This document shows, piece by piece, positions 1-8,090 of a DNA stretch of 20,000 bases (the first letter of the stretch is position 1; every line of letters starts with the position of its first letter). The stretch is from an uncultured virus (IMG/VR IMGVR_UViG_3300005461_000009) (taxonomy: Duplodnaviria > Heunggongvirae > Uroviricota > Caudoviricetes). Both the position numbers and the translations under genes were made by a program. Location of the stretch: the IMG/VR virus record IMGVR_UViG_3300005461_000009. One strand, written 5' to 3'. The notes under the pieces are model-generated. The model did no database searches and had not been told where the DNA came from. It was given only the letters and a program-made list of their open reading frames with translations.

Positions 1-177
1 ATTAAACGCATATGTCATTTTAGAAACCAACACGCCCATGCATTCGGTACATAAATTTATTTTTAATGGATTCAAATTTCCTATAGTAATTGAATATATT
101 TTTCTATATTCATCTTGCTTCTCGTTACAATTTAAACACGAAGTATATTTACCATTATCTAATCCAACATCAAGCAT
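1..177 (-). CDS. Small CxxC...CxxC zinc-finger hypothetical protein (runs off the window start)
   Basis: Hand translation MLDVGLDNGKYTSCLNCNEK...NLCTECMGVLVSKMTYAFN; GGAGG at 183-187; not in ORF track. Confidence 0.7.
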   Translation of the reverse strand, partial: MLDVGLDNGKYTSCLNCNEKQDEYRKIYSITIGNLNPLKINLCTECMGVLVSKMTYAFN

Positions 178-198
178 GATATCCTCCAATCTAAAAAT

Positions 199-579
199 TT
201 ACTGTTGCAAATTTATATCATAAATATTTTCCACAACATTTAGCAATGAGTATCCGTACCCACCAAGCAATCCTTCCCACTCACAATATTCATTAAACAC
301 ATCCTGTTTCGCCATACTCATAATATCACTATCTTGTGACGCATCGCCAGGTTTTAATCCTCTACGCTGCCTAAGGGCTTCCATAACTTTCTTATTATAT
401 GTCTTCTGTGCTGGTTCCAACCAATTCACACTGACATGTTTCTGTTCTATATATCCATCTTCGGCTTCAAATTCAACATCACATTCTTCTTCAGTTTCCC
501 ATGCATAATCAACAAAAGTACCATACTGTTTTAAATTTCTGTGATAAACTCTATCGCCATGTTTGAATTTTTTATCCAT
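199..579 (-). CDS. Hypothetical phage protein
   Basis: ORF track 199..603; GGAGG at 588-592 favours the start MDKKFKHG at 579. Confidence 0.75.
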   Translation of the reverse strand: MDKKFKHGDRVYHRNLKQYGTFVDYAWETEEECDVEFEAEDGYIEQKHVSVNWLEPAQKTYNKKVMEALRQRRGLKPGDASQDSDIMSMAKQDVFNEYCEWEGLLGGYGYSLLNVVENIYDINLQQ

Positions 580-595
580 GCTTATGTCCTCCAAT

Positions 596-823
596 CTATA
601 CATTACAAGGTAAATAATGCCCTTCTATGTGATATTCTCCATCTTCCAAAACCAATGACGTATTTTCCTTTGTCCATTCTACTAACTCTTCTGTACTAAG
701 AAAATATTTTGCCACCATAAAATCATTACACACCGGAATACCATCACCAGGAACTTCTCTACCCTCTACAATATCCTCTTTATCATTATTGAGAACTATA
801 AAATATCTCCATTCACATTTCAT
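596..823 (-). CDS. Hypothetical protein
   Basis: 75-aa ORF with GAGGTGA RBS; tightly packed with neighbours. Confidence 0.7.
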   Translation of the reverse strand: MKCEWRYFIVLNNDKEDIVEGREVPGDGIPVCNDFMVAKYFLSTEELVEWTKENTSLVLEDGEYHIEGHYLPCNV

Positions 824-827
824 ACAA

Positions 828-989
828 TCACCTCACACCACATCCGGTAGCATATTTCAAAATATCATTATCTGTTGGATATGTATCTTCCCATCCAGAA
901 ACAGTATAACTTTCACCGTTCTTGATATCATTTACTATTCCTGCCAATTCTTCTTTGTCTAATTTATATAAACATTTCCAAGTGATCAT
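828..989 (-). CDS. Hypothetical protein
   Basis: ORF track 828..1031; AGGAG RBS favours the start MITWKCLY at 989. Confidence 0.6.
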   Translation of the reverse strand: MITWKCLYKLDKEELAGIVNDIKNGESYTVSGWEDTYPTDNDILKYATGCGVR

Positions 990-1002
990 ATCGTGTAATC
1001 TC

Positions 1003-1221
1003 CTAAATATTTTCTGCCCATCTAAAAGCAATTGTTCTCAATAAATCAATCATACATACTGTATGCCATCCAACACCCAATTTATCAAAGTACGCATCAC
1101 GCATTTTTCCTAACTCATTATTTGGAATTGAACCCGTTTTCTCAGATTCTAAAAACTGCTCAAATAATAAGATTAATTCTTCATGAGTTTTACTATAAAA
1201 AACATTATTGTTGTCTACCAT
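1003..1221 (-). CDS. Hypothetical protein
   Basis: ORF track 1003..1233; GGAGG at 1227-1231 favours the start MVDNNNVF at 1221. Confidence 0.7.
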   Translation of the reverse strand: MVDNNNVFYSKTHEELILLFEQFLESEKTGSIPNNELGKMRDAYFDKLGVGWHTVCMIDLLRTIAFRWAENI

Positions 1222-1255
1222 ATATACCTCCATACTACTAAATAAAATCAGACAT

Positions 1256-1606
1256 TCATCGTGTCATAACTTCTTTCCAATCAACCTGTCCCATAACACT
1301 ATTACTAAATAATTCTAACTCTTCCTTCTGAGCACAACTATCAGATTCACAATACTTATCTACGTCATCAAAATAATCATCACCTGTTTCTAAATACCAA
1401 TCATTCCACTCGCCTTCCAATTCGTCAAACATCTGCAAACCACCAACATTACAATAATCTGGCTTAACTCTATTTTGATACTGAAACGCATCATAAGCTG
1501 CCAATACATCTATCATCTTTTTACCTTCTTCTACACTATTAACTGGTATATAGAAAGTCTCCTTTATTCCCACTTGCGGAATCCACCACACTCTTAATTT
1601 ACTCAT
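1256..1606 (-). CDS. Phage P22 gp17-like protein (often annotated superinfection exclusion protein)
   Basis: KLRVWWIPQV...SVEEG...L.AYDAFQY.N..KPDYCN.GGL.M.D resembles the P22 gene 17 family as I recall it; RBS GGAGG at 1616-1620. Confidence 0.7.
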   Translation of the reverse strand: MSKLRVWWIPQVGIKETFYIPVNSVEEGKKMIDVLAAYDAFQYQNRVKPDYCNVGGLQMFDELEGEWNDWYLETGDDYFDDVDKYCESDSCAQKEELELFSNSVMGQVDWKEVMTR

Positions 1607-1643
1607 AGTTTTAATCCTCCAATAAAATCAAGTATTCAACTGC

Positions 1644-2339
1644 TTATTCCATGTTAATATCAACAGGATTTTCCAACTTTAAAAAATCATCTCTATGTTC
1701 TACTAAAGCTGCACTTGCAATGGAATTAATTTTATTCTGGCAGAAAGATTCAATCTCACCTTTTGCTTCCATTACCGTCTTATCCATTTGTTCATTAAAT
1801 TGATCTGCAATAAAATCCATATTACACCCGATTTCCATACTCAGTTTATTCAATTTACTGAGAATTTCCTGCTTATCTGATTTAGTAAGTGTTTTCTTTT
1901 GATTAAATAATTCTGTTACATCTTTAATAATTTGCTGTGATTCCATAGTCACTTCTTTTCTTTTTTCTTTAAACTCATCAGCAAATTGTTCTCTCTTACT
2001 AATAAAATCACAATCTGGTATACGTCCATCTCTTTCTGTCCAACGTACAGTAACAGGAACACCACTCCCCATATTCATAGATGTAATAGCTTCAGCAAAT
2101 TGTGAATAACTCATTTCTACTTCTACAATTTTTTTATCGCCATAAATAGAATCATAATGCAATCCTCTTGTAATATCTGCATGATACAAAGTCATTGCAA
2201 TTGTGTCTCTATGTTCTATACTACTTCCAAATAAAGACGTACCTCTCCCACCAGTTCTTCTACCAAAAGCCAACGTTCCGTAACTCGGATGACTTGTTTT
2301 TGTTCCAAATTGCGTATTTTCTACTTTATAATCATTCAT
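1644..2339 (-). CDS. Conserved phage/plasmid hypothetical protein with a helical C-terminus
   Basis: 231 aa with HPSYG...LFGSS...EVEMSYSQFAEAITSMN.G.GVPVT; RBS GGAGG. Confidence 0.8.
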   Translation of the reverse strand: MNDYKVENTQFGTKTSHPSYGTLAFGRRTGGRGTSLFGSSIEHRDTIAMTLYHADITRGLHYDSIYGDKKIVEVEMSYSQFAEAITSMNMGSGVPVTVRWTERDGRIPDCDFISKREQFADEFKEKRKEVTMESQQIIKDVTELFNQKKTLTKSDKQEILSKLNKLSMEIGCNMDFIADQFNEQMDKTVMEAKGEIESFCQNKINSIASAALVEHRDDFLKLENPVDINME

Positions 2340-2363
2340 AATATTTCCTCCGTTCCAATAAAA

Positions 2364-2594
2364 TCAATCATTCATTTCCATTTTCTTGCGTTTCTCATTC
2401 CAATACTTATTTGCTTCTTCGGAACCTCTAATATACAATGTTGTATATATCCCTTTTCAGAAACAGCCAGGACACAAGCAACCATGATACGCCATAATAT
2501 CTCTTATAGAATACATATTGTGTCCACAATCTGTAAAGAAAAATGTTCCATCTCCATGCTTTTCTGGTGTTGTTTGATATGTTGCAATATTCAT
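2364..2594 (-). pseudogene. Zn-ribbon-like small gene with an in-frame TGA at codon 46 (2457-2459)
   Basis: MNIATYQ...DCGHNMY...CLCPGCF*KGIYTTLYIRGSEEANKYWNEKRKKMEMND*; the frame stays open 30 codons past the TGA; preceded by an extended -10. Confidence 0.65.
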
Positions 2595-2614
2595 CTATGT
2601 TTCACCCACTTCCC

Positions 2615-2623
2615 ATTATACCA
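2615..2623 (-). promoter_or_regulatory. Extended -10 promoter element just downstream of the recombinase gene
   Basis: Minus strand TGGTATAAT (TGnTATAAT), about 20 nt upstream of the ATG at 2594. Confidence 0.55.
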
Positions 2624-2631
2624 TACATTTT

Positions 2632-3627
2632 CTATTCTAGTGCTAGTTTTTCTCTAATACCATATCCCCCATCTACATAAGTATTTACTGTGACATTCAC
2701 ATTCTTATGCCCTAACTGTTGCTGTGCGAATGCAACTCCATATTTTTCTGTTATTACAGTTCCATACCAATGCCTGATCATATGTGGAGTAAGTTTTTTA
2801 CCACTATATACAAAAAACATTGCTCTCAAGTCAGACTCTTGCATTCTTTTCCCTGTCTTATTTAAGAAAATAGCTCTGTCATCTATGACATTTATTGTAT
2901 TTCTGACTTCAAGCCATTTCAAAAATGCATCTTTTGCGGTAAGATTAAGCAAAATATTTCTTCCTAGTGCAGAATAATATACCCCTTTTCCCATTACTCT
3001 GATATGTGGCGTTTTTTCTATTTCGTTTCCATCTAAGAATAATGAAGAAAATTCTAATTCTATAAGTTCACATGCCCTCAAACCTGTATTCATCAGGATT
3101 GTAAGTATAAGCAGGTTCCTGTCCCTTACAAAACGGTCATTCTTCTTTTTCTGATTAATATTTTTCCTCATTTCTTCCAGATCGTCCTTTGATGGCATTT
3201 TAACATAGCGATTATATCCAGAATCCAAACCTTCATATGCTACATCTTCAATAATGTTACATTTTACAGGTACACTAGGAGAATTAACCATAGACTTCCA
3301 AAAACTTCTAAAAATGTTTTTCCTTGTGTTCAATGTTGTCGGCGATATTCCTTCATTTTGTTTTTCTTCTAAATACATATTTATATAAGCTGACTCTATA
3401 TATTCCATATCTGGCGGTGTAATTTCTGATATACTATTCTTTTGAATCAGCCTTTTATCTATCATCCATCGTAACAAATTTTTAATAACAGAATAATAAT
3501 TTAATGCACCTAATTTACTTTTTCTGTTTAAAAGATATAACTGTATGAACATTGGTATATTGTCTTCATTCATTTTCCTTTGTAATTTTTCCGCATTTTT
3601 CTTCTGAATTTCATCCTTATAACACAT
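2632..3627 (-). CDS. Tyrosine recombinase/integrase (XerC/D-like), catalytically intact
   Basis: R (TGLRACE), K (MGKG), H-x-x-R (PHMIRH), H (LGH) and Y (NTYV); 331 aa with an N-terminal core-binding-like region. Confidence 0.95.
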   Translation of the reverse strand: MCYKDEIQKKNAEKLQRKMNEDNIPMFIQLYLLNRKSKLGALNYYSVIKNLLRWMIDKRLIQKNSISEITPPDMEYIESAYINMYLEEKQNEGISPTTLNTRKNIFRSFWKSMVNSPSVPVKCNIIEDVAYEGLDSGYNRYVKMPSKDDLEEMRKNINQKKKNDRFVRDRNLLILTILMNTGLRACELIELEFSSLFLDGNEIEKTPHIRVMGKGVYYSALGRNILLNLTAKDAFLKWLEVRNTINVIDDRAIFLNKTGKRMQESDLRAMFFVYSGKKLTPHMIRHWYGTVITEKYGVAFAQQQLGHKNVNVTVNTYVDGGYGIREKLALE

Positions 3628-3674
3628 AATAAATCCATCCTTTCTATGTTTTTCTACATTATACTTCTACATTC

Positions 3675-3709
3675 AAAAAGAAAAGCACTAACGTTTCCGT
3701 CAATGCTTC
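3675..3709 (-). terminator. Intrinsic terminator after yoeB
   Basis: Minus strand AAGCATTGACG-GAAA-CGTTAGTGCTT followed by TTCTTTTT. Confidence 0.8.
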
Positions 3710-3727
3710 TCAACACACTCTAAACTA

Positions 3728-3982
3728 TCAATAATGATATCTACATGTATACACAATCAAATTATTTCCTTCCACTTGATACACTAACCTATGTTCATCC
3801 GTTATTCTTCTACTCCACTTTCCAGCTAAATCGTATTTTAGCGGTTCTGGCTTTCCAAGTCCCTCAAATGGATTTCTCTTTATATCTTTAATCAATTCAT
3901 TTATTCTTTTTACAATTTTCTTGTCCATCTTCTGCCAATAAAGATAATCCTCCCAAGCATTTTCCGTGAAAGATACATTCAT
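3728..3982 (-). CDS. yoeB: YoeB/Txe family toxin (ribosome-dependent mRNase)
   Basis: AWEDYLYWQ...GLGKPEPLK...WSRRITDEHRLVY...CRYHY; 84 aa. Confidence 0.95.
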   Translation of the reverse strand: MNVSFTENAWEDYLYWQKMDKKIVKRINELIKDIKRNPFEGLGKPEPLKYDLAGKWSRRITDEHRLVYQVEGNNLIVYTCRYHY

Positions 3983-3985
3983 AGA

Positions 3986-4237
3986 CTAATCCTCCACATC
4001 AAAACTTACAAGTTTTCCATCTTCAGCTTGCTTGATAGACTCTTTCAACCACTCATAATTCGCTTTACTTTCCCTTATATGAAGATTTTCCATCAGATTA
4101 TCATACTGTGCCTGAGACATAAGCACAACATTTTCATCGTTTTTTCTCGTAATTATTGCGATATCAGAATCATGTACAACCCGATCGCAAACTTCTTTGA
4201 AGTTATTCCTTACATTTGAAAAATTTGTTGCTATCAT
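3986..4237 (-). CDS. yefM: YefM/Phd (Axe) antitoxin
   Basis: NFSNVRNNFKEVCDRV...IITRK...VVLMS...Y..L.E; directly upstream of yoeB. Confidence 0.95.
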   Translation of the reverse strand: MIATNFSNVRNNFKEVCDRVVHDSDIAIITRKNDENVVLMSQAQYDNLMENLHIRESKANYEWLKESIKQAEDGKLVSFDVED

Positions 4238-4259
4238 ACAATCACACTCCTTTGAATAT

Positions 4260-4311
4260 AGTATATTCTATATTCTTAGTATTGTCAATATTTTGTACAA
4301 TATTCTGTGCA
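4260..4311 (-). promoter_or_regulatory. SigA promoter and autoregulatory operator of yefM-yoeB
   Basis: TTGACA (4283-4288), 17 nt, TATACT (4260-4265); TGTACA at 4294-4299 and TGTGCA at 4306-4311, 12 bp apart as in known YefM-YoeB operators. Confidence 0.8.
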
Positions 4312-4340
4312 ACTATGTATCACAAGTTGAAACGATGATT

Positions 4341-4904
4341 TCAAGTCTGTTTTAAAATTCTTCTCATTACTATTAAAAATCTATTTTTCTGTTTCAATCG
4401 CCTTATGTAATATAATTTTTTCCATAAGTCATCATCATATGATTTCTTCATTTGATATAAGATAATTTCCGTTAATTTCTTCATTAAATCTTCTGGTAAA
4501 ATATCCTGTTTAATAAGATTACATACGCTACAGGCAACTTGAAGATTATCCATTGCATTAGTTCCACCTTTTGCTAAAGGAACAATATGATCGACTGTAA
4601 AACTGTCATATGGAATAAATTTTCCGCATATTGCACATCTCCCTTTACCCTTATTATAAATTTTAATTCTTTCCTCTGACGAAAATTGTTTGCGCTTAAT
4701 TTTATGAATATCTCCTACCTGTTGCATGGTTTCCATATCAACAATCTTATAGTCTTTCAATTTCTTTGTCGCTTTATTTAGCATAGCTCTGGCACTACCT
4801 TGTGTTTCAAACCTTGTTGCCAAATTTAGGTTTTGTGTTTTACATATTGTATGTTTGCCATCCAGATAGCAATAATAAGCGTCTTTTTGCAAAATATATG
4901 CCAT
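4341..4904 (-). CDS. HNH endonuclease domain protein
   Basis: CAICG...TVDHIVPLAKGGTN...NLQVACSVCNLIK; GGAGG favours the start MAYILQK at 4904 (ORF track extends to 4997). Confidence 0.9.
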   Translation of the reverse strand: MAYILQKDAYYCYLDGKHTICKTQNLNLATRFETQGSARAMLNKATKKLKDYKIVDMETMQQVGDIHKIKRKQFSSEERIKIYNKGKGRCAICGKFIPYDSFTVDHIVPLAKGGTNAMDNLQVACSVCNLIKQDILPEDLMKKLTEIILYQMKKSYDDDLWKKLYYIRRLKQKNRFLIVMRRILKQT

Positions 4905-5020
4905 ATATTTTATCCTCCAAATCGTTTTATATAAACTACTTCTCTTTTTCGTGTTGAAGTATAGAACACGATTCCATGCATATACAGCATGAAACAATCT
5001 ATATCAAATCATATACACTT

Positions 5021-6064
5021 TCAACTTGCTTCGGCCAAAGATTTCGTATTTCCAAAATACCTATCATAATCCTTTTTGATTTCCTCCACCCTCTTCATAA
5101 CAGCAGAATTCTTTCCAGTTCCTCTTCCGGCAGCGTCATTATATGCTTTAGAAGTTGTAGCAGATTTCTTTCCGCTAAAGAAATTTACAAACCATTCCAT
5201 CATTTGTTTGTCAGAATATCCGTCATTAAGCGACTCTGCAACAATCGGCACAATACTAATCATATGCGTCCTGGCATAAATCCTCTTTGCAATTTTCTTA
5301 TCCTCTATCATGGCATGTATATTGTAAATACGGTCGAATACTTCGCTAAGTAAGAATTCATCATCCTTTGTAATATCTGCCATTCTCATGTAAGGACGAA
5401 TCCATTTTGCATCTGTAGAAACTTCACTGTCATTTAAGATTGCATGTGCTTTGGCCACCATATCTTCATTCACATGTCCATCTAAAGCTGTCTGACTTAA
5501 AGCATCAGCAAACAACTTATGCTTCCCAAGATTGATAATCTGTTCCTTTGATTTTGCTTTTACACGGTTCATCGTAGCAGCGTTTAATGCCTGACCATTA
5601 TTCAGATTATAGAATGTATCCGCCTGTTCTTCCTGATTCGCATTGTCCGTATAGCAAATTGTGAATGAATACTCCTTAATAGCGTTCTGGAAACATTCAG
5701 GAAGATCACTAAACTTGTACCCGTTGATGTCAATTTCCTCTGTTTCGCTCTCATCATTTATAACTGTAAATTCTTCAAGTCCGCTCAATTCAAACTCATT
5801 ATTCAAGAATTTGATGATAGTTAATGTCCGCTGTTTCCCATCTTCGCCCTCATAAACATCTTCCACTTTATTGAAATACAGAGGAGGAACATGTCTATCC
5901 AATATCAAAGAGCGAATCAAAGCAGATTTCTTGTCATTATCTTTCCACACATAACCCCTTTGAATATCAATGTTAAAATTCACTGTTCCATCTTCCACTA
6001 ATTCAACAAGTTTCCGTGCTGTCCACTCTGTTCTTCCACGATCCGCACCTTTAATTATCTTCAT
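5021..6064 (-). CDS. DUF262 (GmrSD N-terminal, ParB/Srx-like) protein, no C-terminal HNH
   Basis: IQRGYVW, LIRSLI...VPPLYF, DGKQRT, FYNLNNGQAL. Confidence 0.85.
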   Translation of the reverse strand: MKIIKGADRGRTEWTARKLVELVEDGTVNFNIDIQRGYVWKDNDKKSALIRSLILDRHVPPLYFNKVEDVYEGEDGKQRTLTIIKFLNNEFELSGLEEFTVINDESETEEIDINGYKFSDLPECFQNAIKEYSFTICYTDNANQEEQADTFYNLNNGQALNAATMNRVKAKSKEQIINLGKHKLFADALSQTALDGHVNEDMVAKAHAILNDSEVSTDAKWIRPYMRMADITKDDEFLLSEVFDRIYNIHAMIEDKKIAKRIYARTHMISIVPIVAESLNDGYSDKQMMEWFVNFFSGKKSATTSKAYNDAAGRGTGKNSAVMKRVEEIKKDYDRYFGNTKSLAEAS

Positions 6065-6087
6065 GACATTTCCTCCATTTCACCAAA

Positions 6088-7017
6088 TCATTTTGAGATT
6101 TTAACTTTCTTCCCGTTCTCTACATATATCTTCTTCTCTATTCCAAGTCCATCACATACCAAATCTTCCACATAAAGAACACAAGATACTCTGTGGTCAC
6201 GCTTCGGATATTTTGATTTTGCTTCTGCACTGAATAACGCAGGATCAATCTGCCTTAATTCCTTTGACAAATACCTATGTATTTCTTTCCTATCATTCGG
6301 ATGGGCAATCCAAACCTCCCTTAATGCCCTCATTACAAATGTCGCATATCCGTTTGTCTCTTTATTCCACCCAGCATTATCAACGATAGAAAAAATAAAG
6401 TCCAGACACTTTTCACCATGCACTTTCGCAATTGAATACGCATCTGTATAACTTCCAAGTATAGACTCTCCTCTATTTCCTTTAGTGGCTACAAATTTAA
6501 TTCCATATTTGTTTAAAAGTTTATCCAGAGAAACGGCAGCATTATCACCAATAATCACTCTTGAAAGATGCTTTTCAAGAGGCTTCACATTTTCCACTTC
6601 TGAATCCTGTCCGATAAAATACTCAGCTTCAAATTTCAGACGTTCATCCAAATCTTCAGGAGCATCCATGAGAATGATTGCATTAAGACGATCCATACCC
6701 TTCTCAGGAGCCACAAGACACCTCCCCTGACCATCTACAACCGCAAATCTGGATTCTTCTGGATGTGGTACTAAGATAATAGGTGTCAACTTTCGTTCAT
6801 CCCATTTATTCTTTAACCGATTCAGATGCTTATGTGTTCTCATGCCCTGATACCTTGAATCCACAAAACAACAAGACAACGGAACAACTGCACTCCCTGT
6901 AATTGCTCTCTGATTCTTACCTTTTCCAACAGTCATAAGTGGCTTGATATTTGCCACTATGTCATTGAACTGCTCCATCCTCCTTGTTTCCTCATTCATT
7001 GCCACAACTGTGCTCAT
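6088..7017 (-). CDS. ParB/Srx-like DGQ-R protein (DUF6551-like)
   Basis: VDSRYQ...WDERKLTPIIL...FAVVDGQGR...EAEYF. Confidence 0.65.
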   Translation of the reverse strand: MSTVVAMNEETRRMEQFNDIVANIKPLMTVGKGKNQRAITGSAVVPLSCCFVDSRYQGMRTHKHLNRLKNKWDERKLTPIILVPHPEESRFAVVDGQGRCLVAPEKGMDRLNAIILMDAPEDLDERLKFEAEYFIGQDSEVENVKPLEKHLSRVIIGDNAAVSLDKLLNKYGIKFVATKGNRGESILGSYTDAYSIAKVHGEKCLDFIFSIVDNAGWNKETNGYATFVMRALREVWIAHPNDRKEIHRYLSKELRQIDPALFSAEAKSKYPKRDHRVSCVLYVEDLVCDGLGIEKKIYVENGKKVKISK

Positions 7018-7051
7018 ACTGGAACCTCCTTGAATATGTAATTTTTTGTAT

Positions 7052-7089
7052 AATAAAAAGCATCTGGATTTTTATTTTCCAAATGCTTT
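7052..7089 (-). terminator. Terminator-like hairpin
   Basis: AAAGCATTTGGA-AAATAAAAA-TCCAGATGCTTT followed by TTATT. Confidence 0.7.
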
Positions 7090-7132
7090 ACTACCTTAAT
7101 GTATTTAGTTAAATATCACATTGTCGTGCCTA

Positions 7133-7477
7133 CTATATCACTAATGCCAATGATCTTTGCAAATCTCTTATTTCTTTTTGAAGTCCTTCAGCAATACATT
7201 TTTTTATTTCTCCCAAATAATCATCTATGTTCTGTTCATTAGTCAAGAAGATAAAATATTCATATGAATTTGAACTCCAATGTTGCATTTTCCATTTTTC
7301 AAAGCAATCAAATGGGATATGATATCCAAAGCCGAACGTTTTAAACCCGTCTTCATAAACTGCGTCTACTTCACATTCACTTTTTCTTAAATCTTCTTTT
7401 CCTGCTTCGACCTCATATGTATATTTATATATTCTTCCACCATTTTCTATCCATTTGAGAAATTGTTCTTTATCCAT
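7133..7477 (-). CDS. Hypothetical protein
   Basis: 114-aa ORF with GAGGA RBS. Confidence 0.75.
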   Translation of the reverse strand: MDKEQFLKWIENGGRIYKYTYEVEAGKEDLRKSECEVDAVYEDGFKTFGFGYHIPFDCFEKWKMQHWSSNSYEYFIFLTNEQNIDDYLGEIKKCIAEGLQKEIRDLQRSLALVI

Positions 7478-7517
7478 TTATCCTCATCCCTTCCTTAAAT
7501 ATCTAATTTCATCAATA

Positions 7518-7856
7518 TCATAAAACGGTTTCTTCTAAAACGCCTTCTCCATTTCTAAACCATATTACTTTACTTACTACTTTTTCCTCTTGAATTTTTT
7601 GAATTTCTAACTGAAGTTTTTCAATTTTCTGGTTATCATATTCAGAAAAAAGCATAATTACCTGATTGTCATTTCTCTGTAAAAGATAGCACATACCATT
7701 TATTACTTTACCAATATTTTTTGCATCAATCCTGCTATGAAATCCACCTATATCTTGATTATAATATATACTATCATTGTTTATTCCACCATATTTTGCT
7801 TTTGATTTATCAAAAACTAATTCATTTCCCTTTTTTTTGTAAATAAATATCTCCAT
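7518..7856 (-). CDS. Hypothetical protein
   Basis: ORF track to 7886; AAGGA RBS favours the start MEIFIYKK at 7856. Confidence 0.7.
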   Translation of the reverse strand: MEIFIYKKKGNELVFDKSKAKYGGINNDSIYYNQDIGGFHSRIDAKNIGKVINGMCYLLQRNDNQVIMLFSEYDNQKIEKLQLEIQKIQEEKVVSKVIWFRNGEGVLEETVL

Positions 7857-7891
7857 ATTTTTTCCTTTCCCTCTTGAAACAATCATTTTAT

Positions 7892-8056
7892 TTAATCTTC
7901 AATTCCAAACATATCTAACAGTCTAACTTTTAAACTATTAATAATTTCTTGTTCCCTTTCCTCAAACAATCTATTATAACCCATTTCTGATTCTATAGCT
8001 TGATTTATTATCTCTTTTATTTCTTTCAGATTATACGTTTCATACATATTATTCAT
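7892..8056 (-). CDS. Hypothetical protein
   Basis: ORF track to 8125; GGAGG favours the start MNNMYETY at 8056. Confidence 0.65.
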   Translation of the reverse strand: MNNMYETYNLKEIKEIINQAIESEMGYNRLFEEREQEIINSLKVRLLDMFGIED

Positions 8057-8090
8057 TATAATTCCTCCATTTTTCCATGAAATAATCCTT

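Noticed and set aside
182..598. Direct repeat TCCTCCAATCTA at 182-193 and 587-598
   Set aside because: Only 12 bp and half of it is the Shine-Dalgarno sequence; insufficient evidence for an att or target-site duplication.
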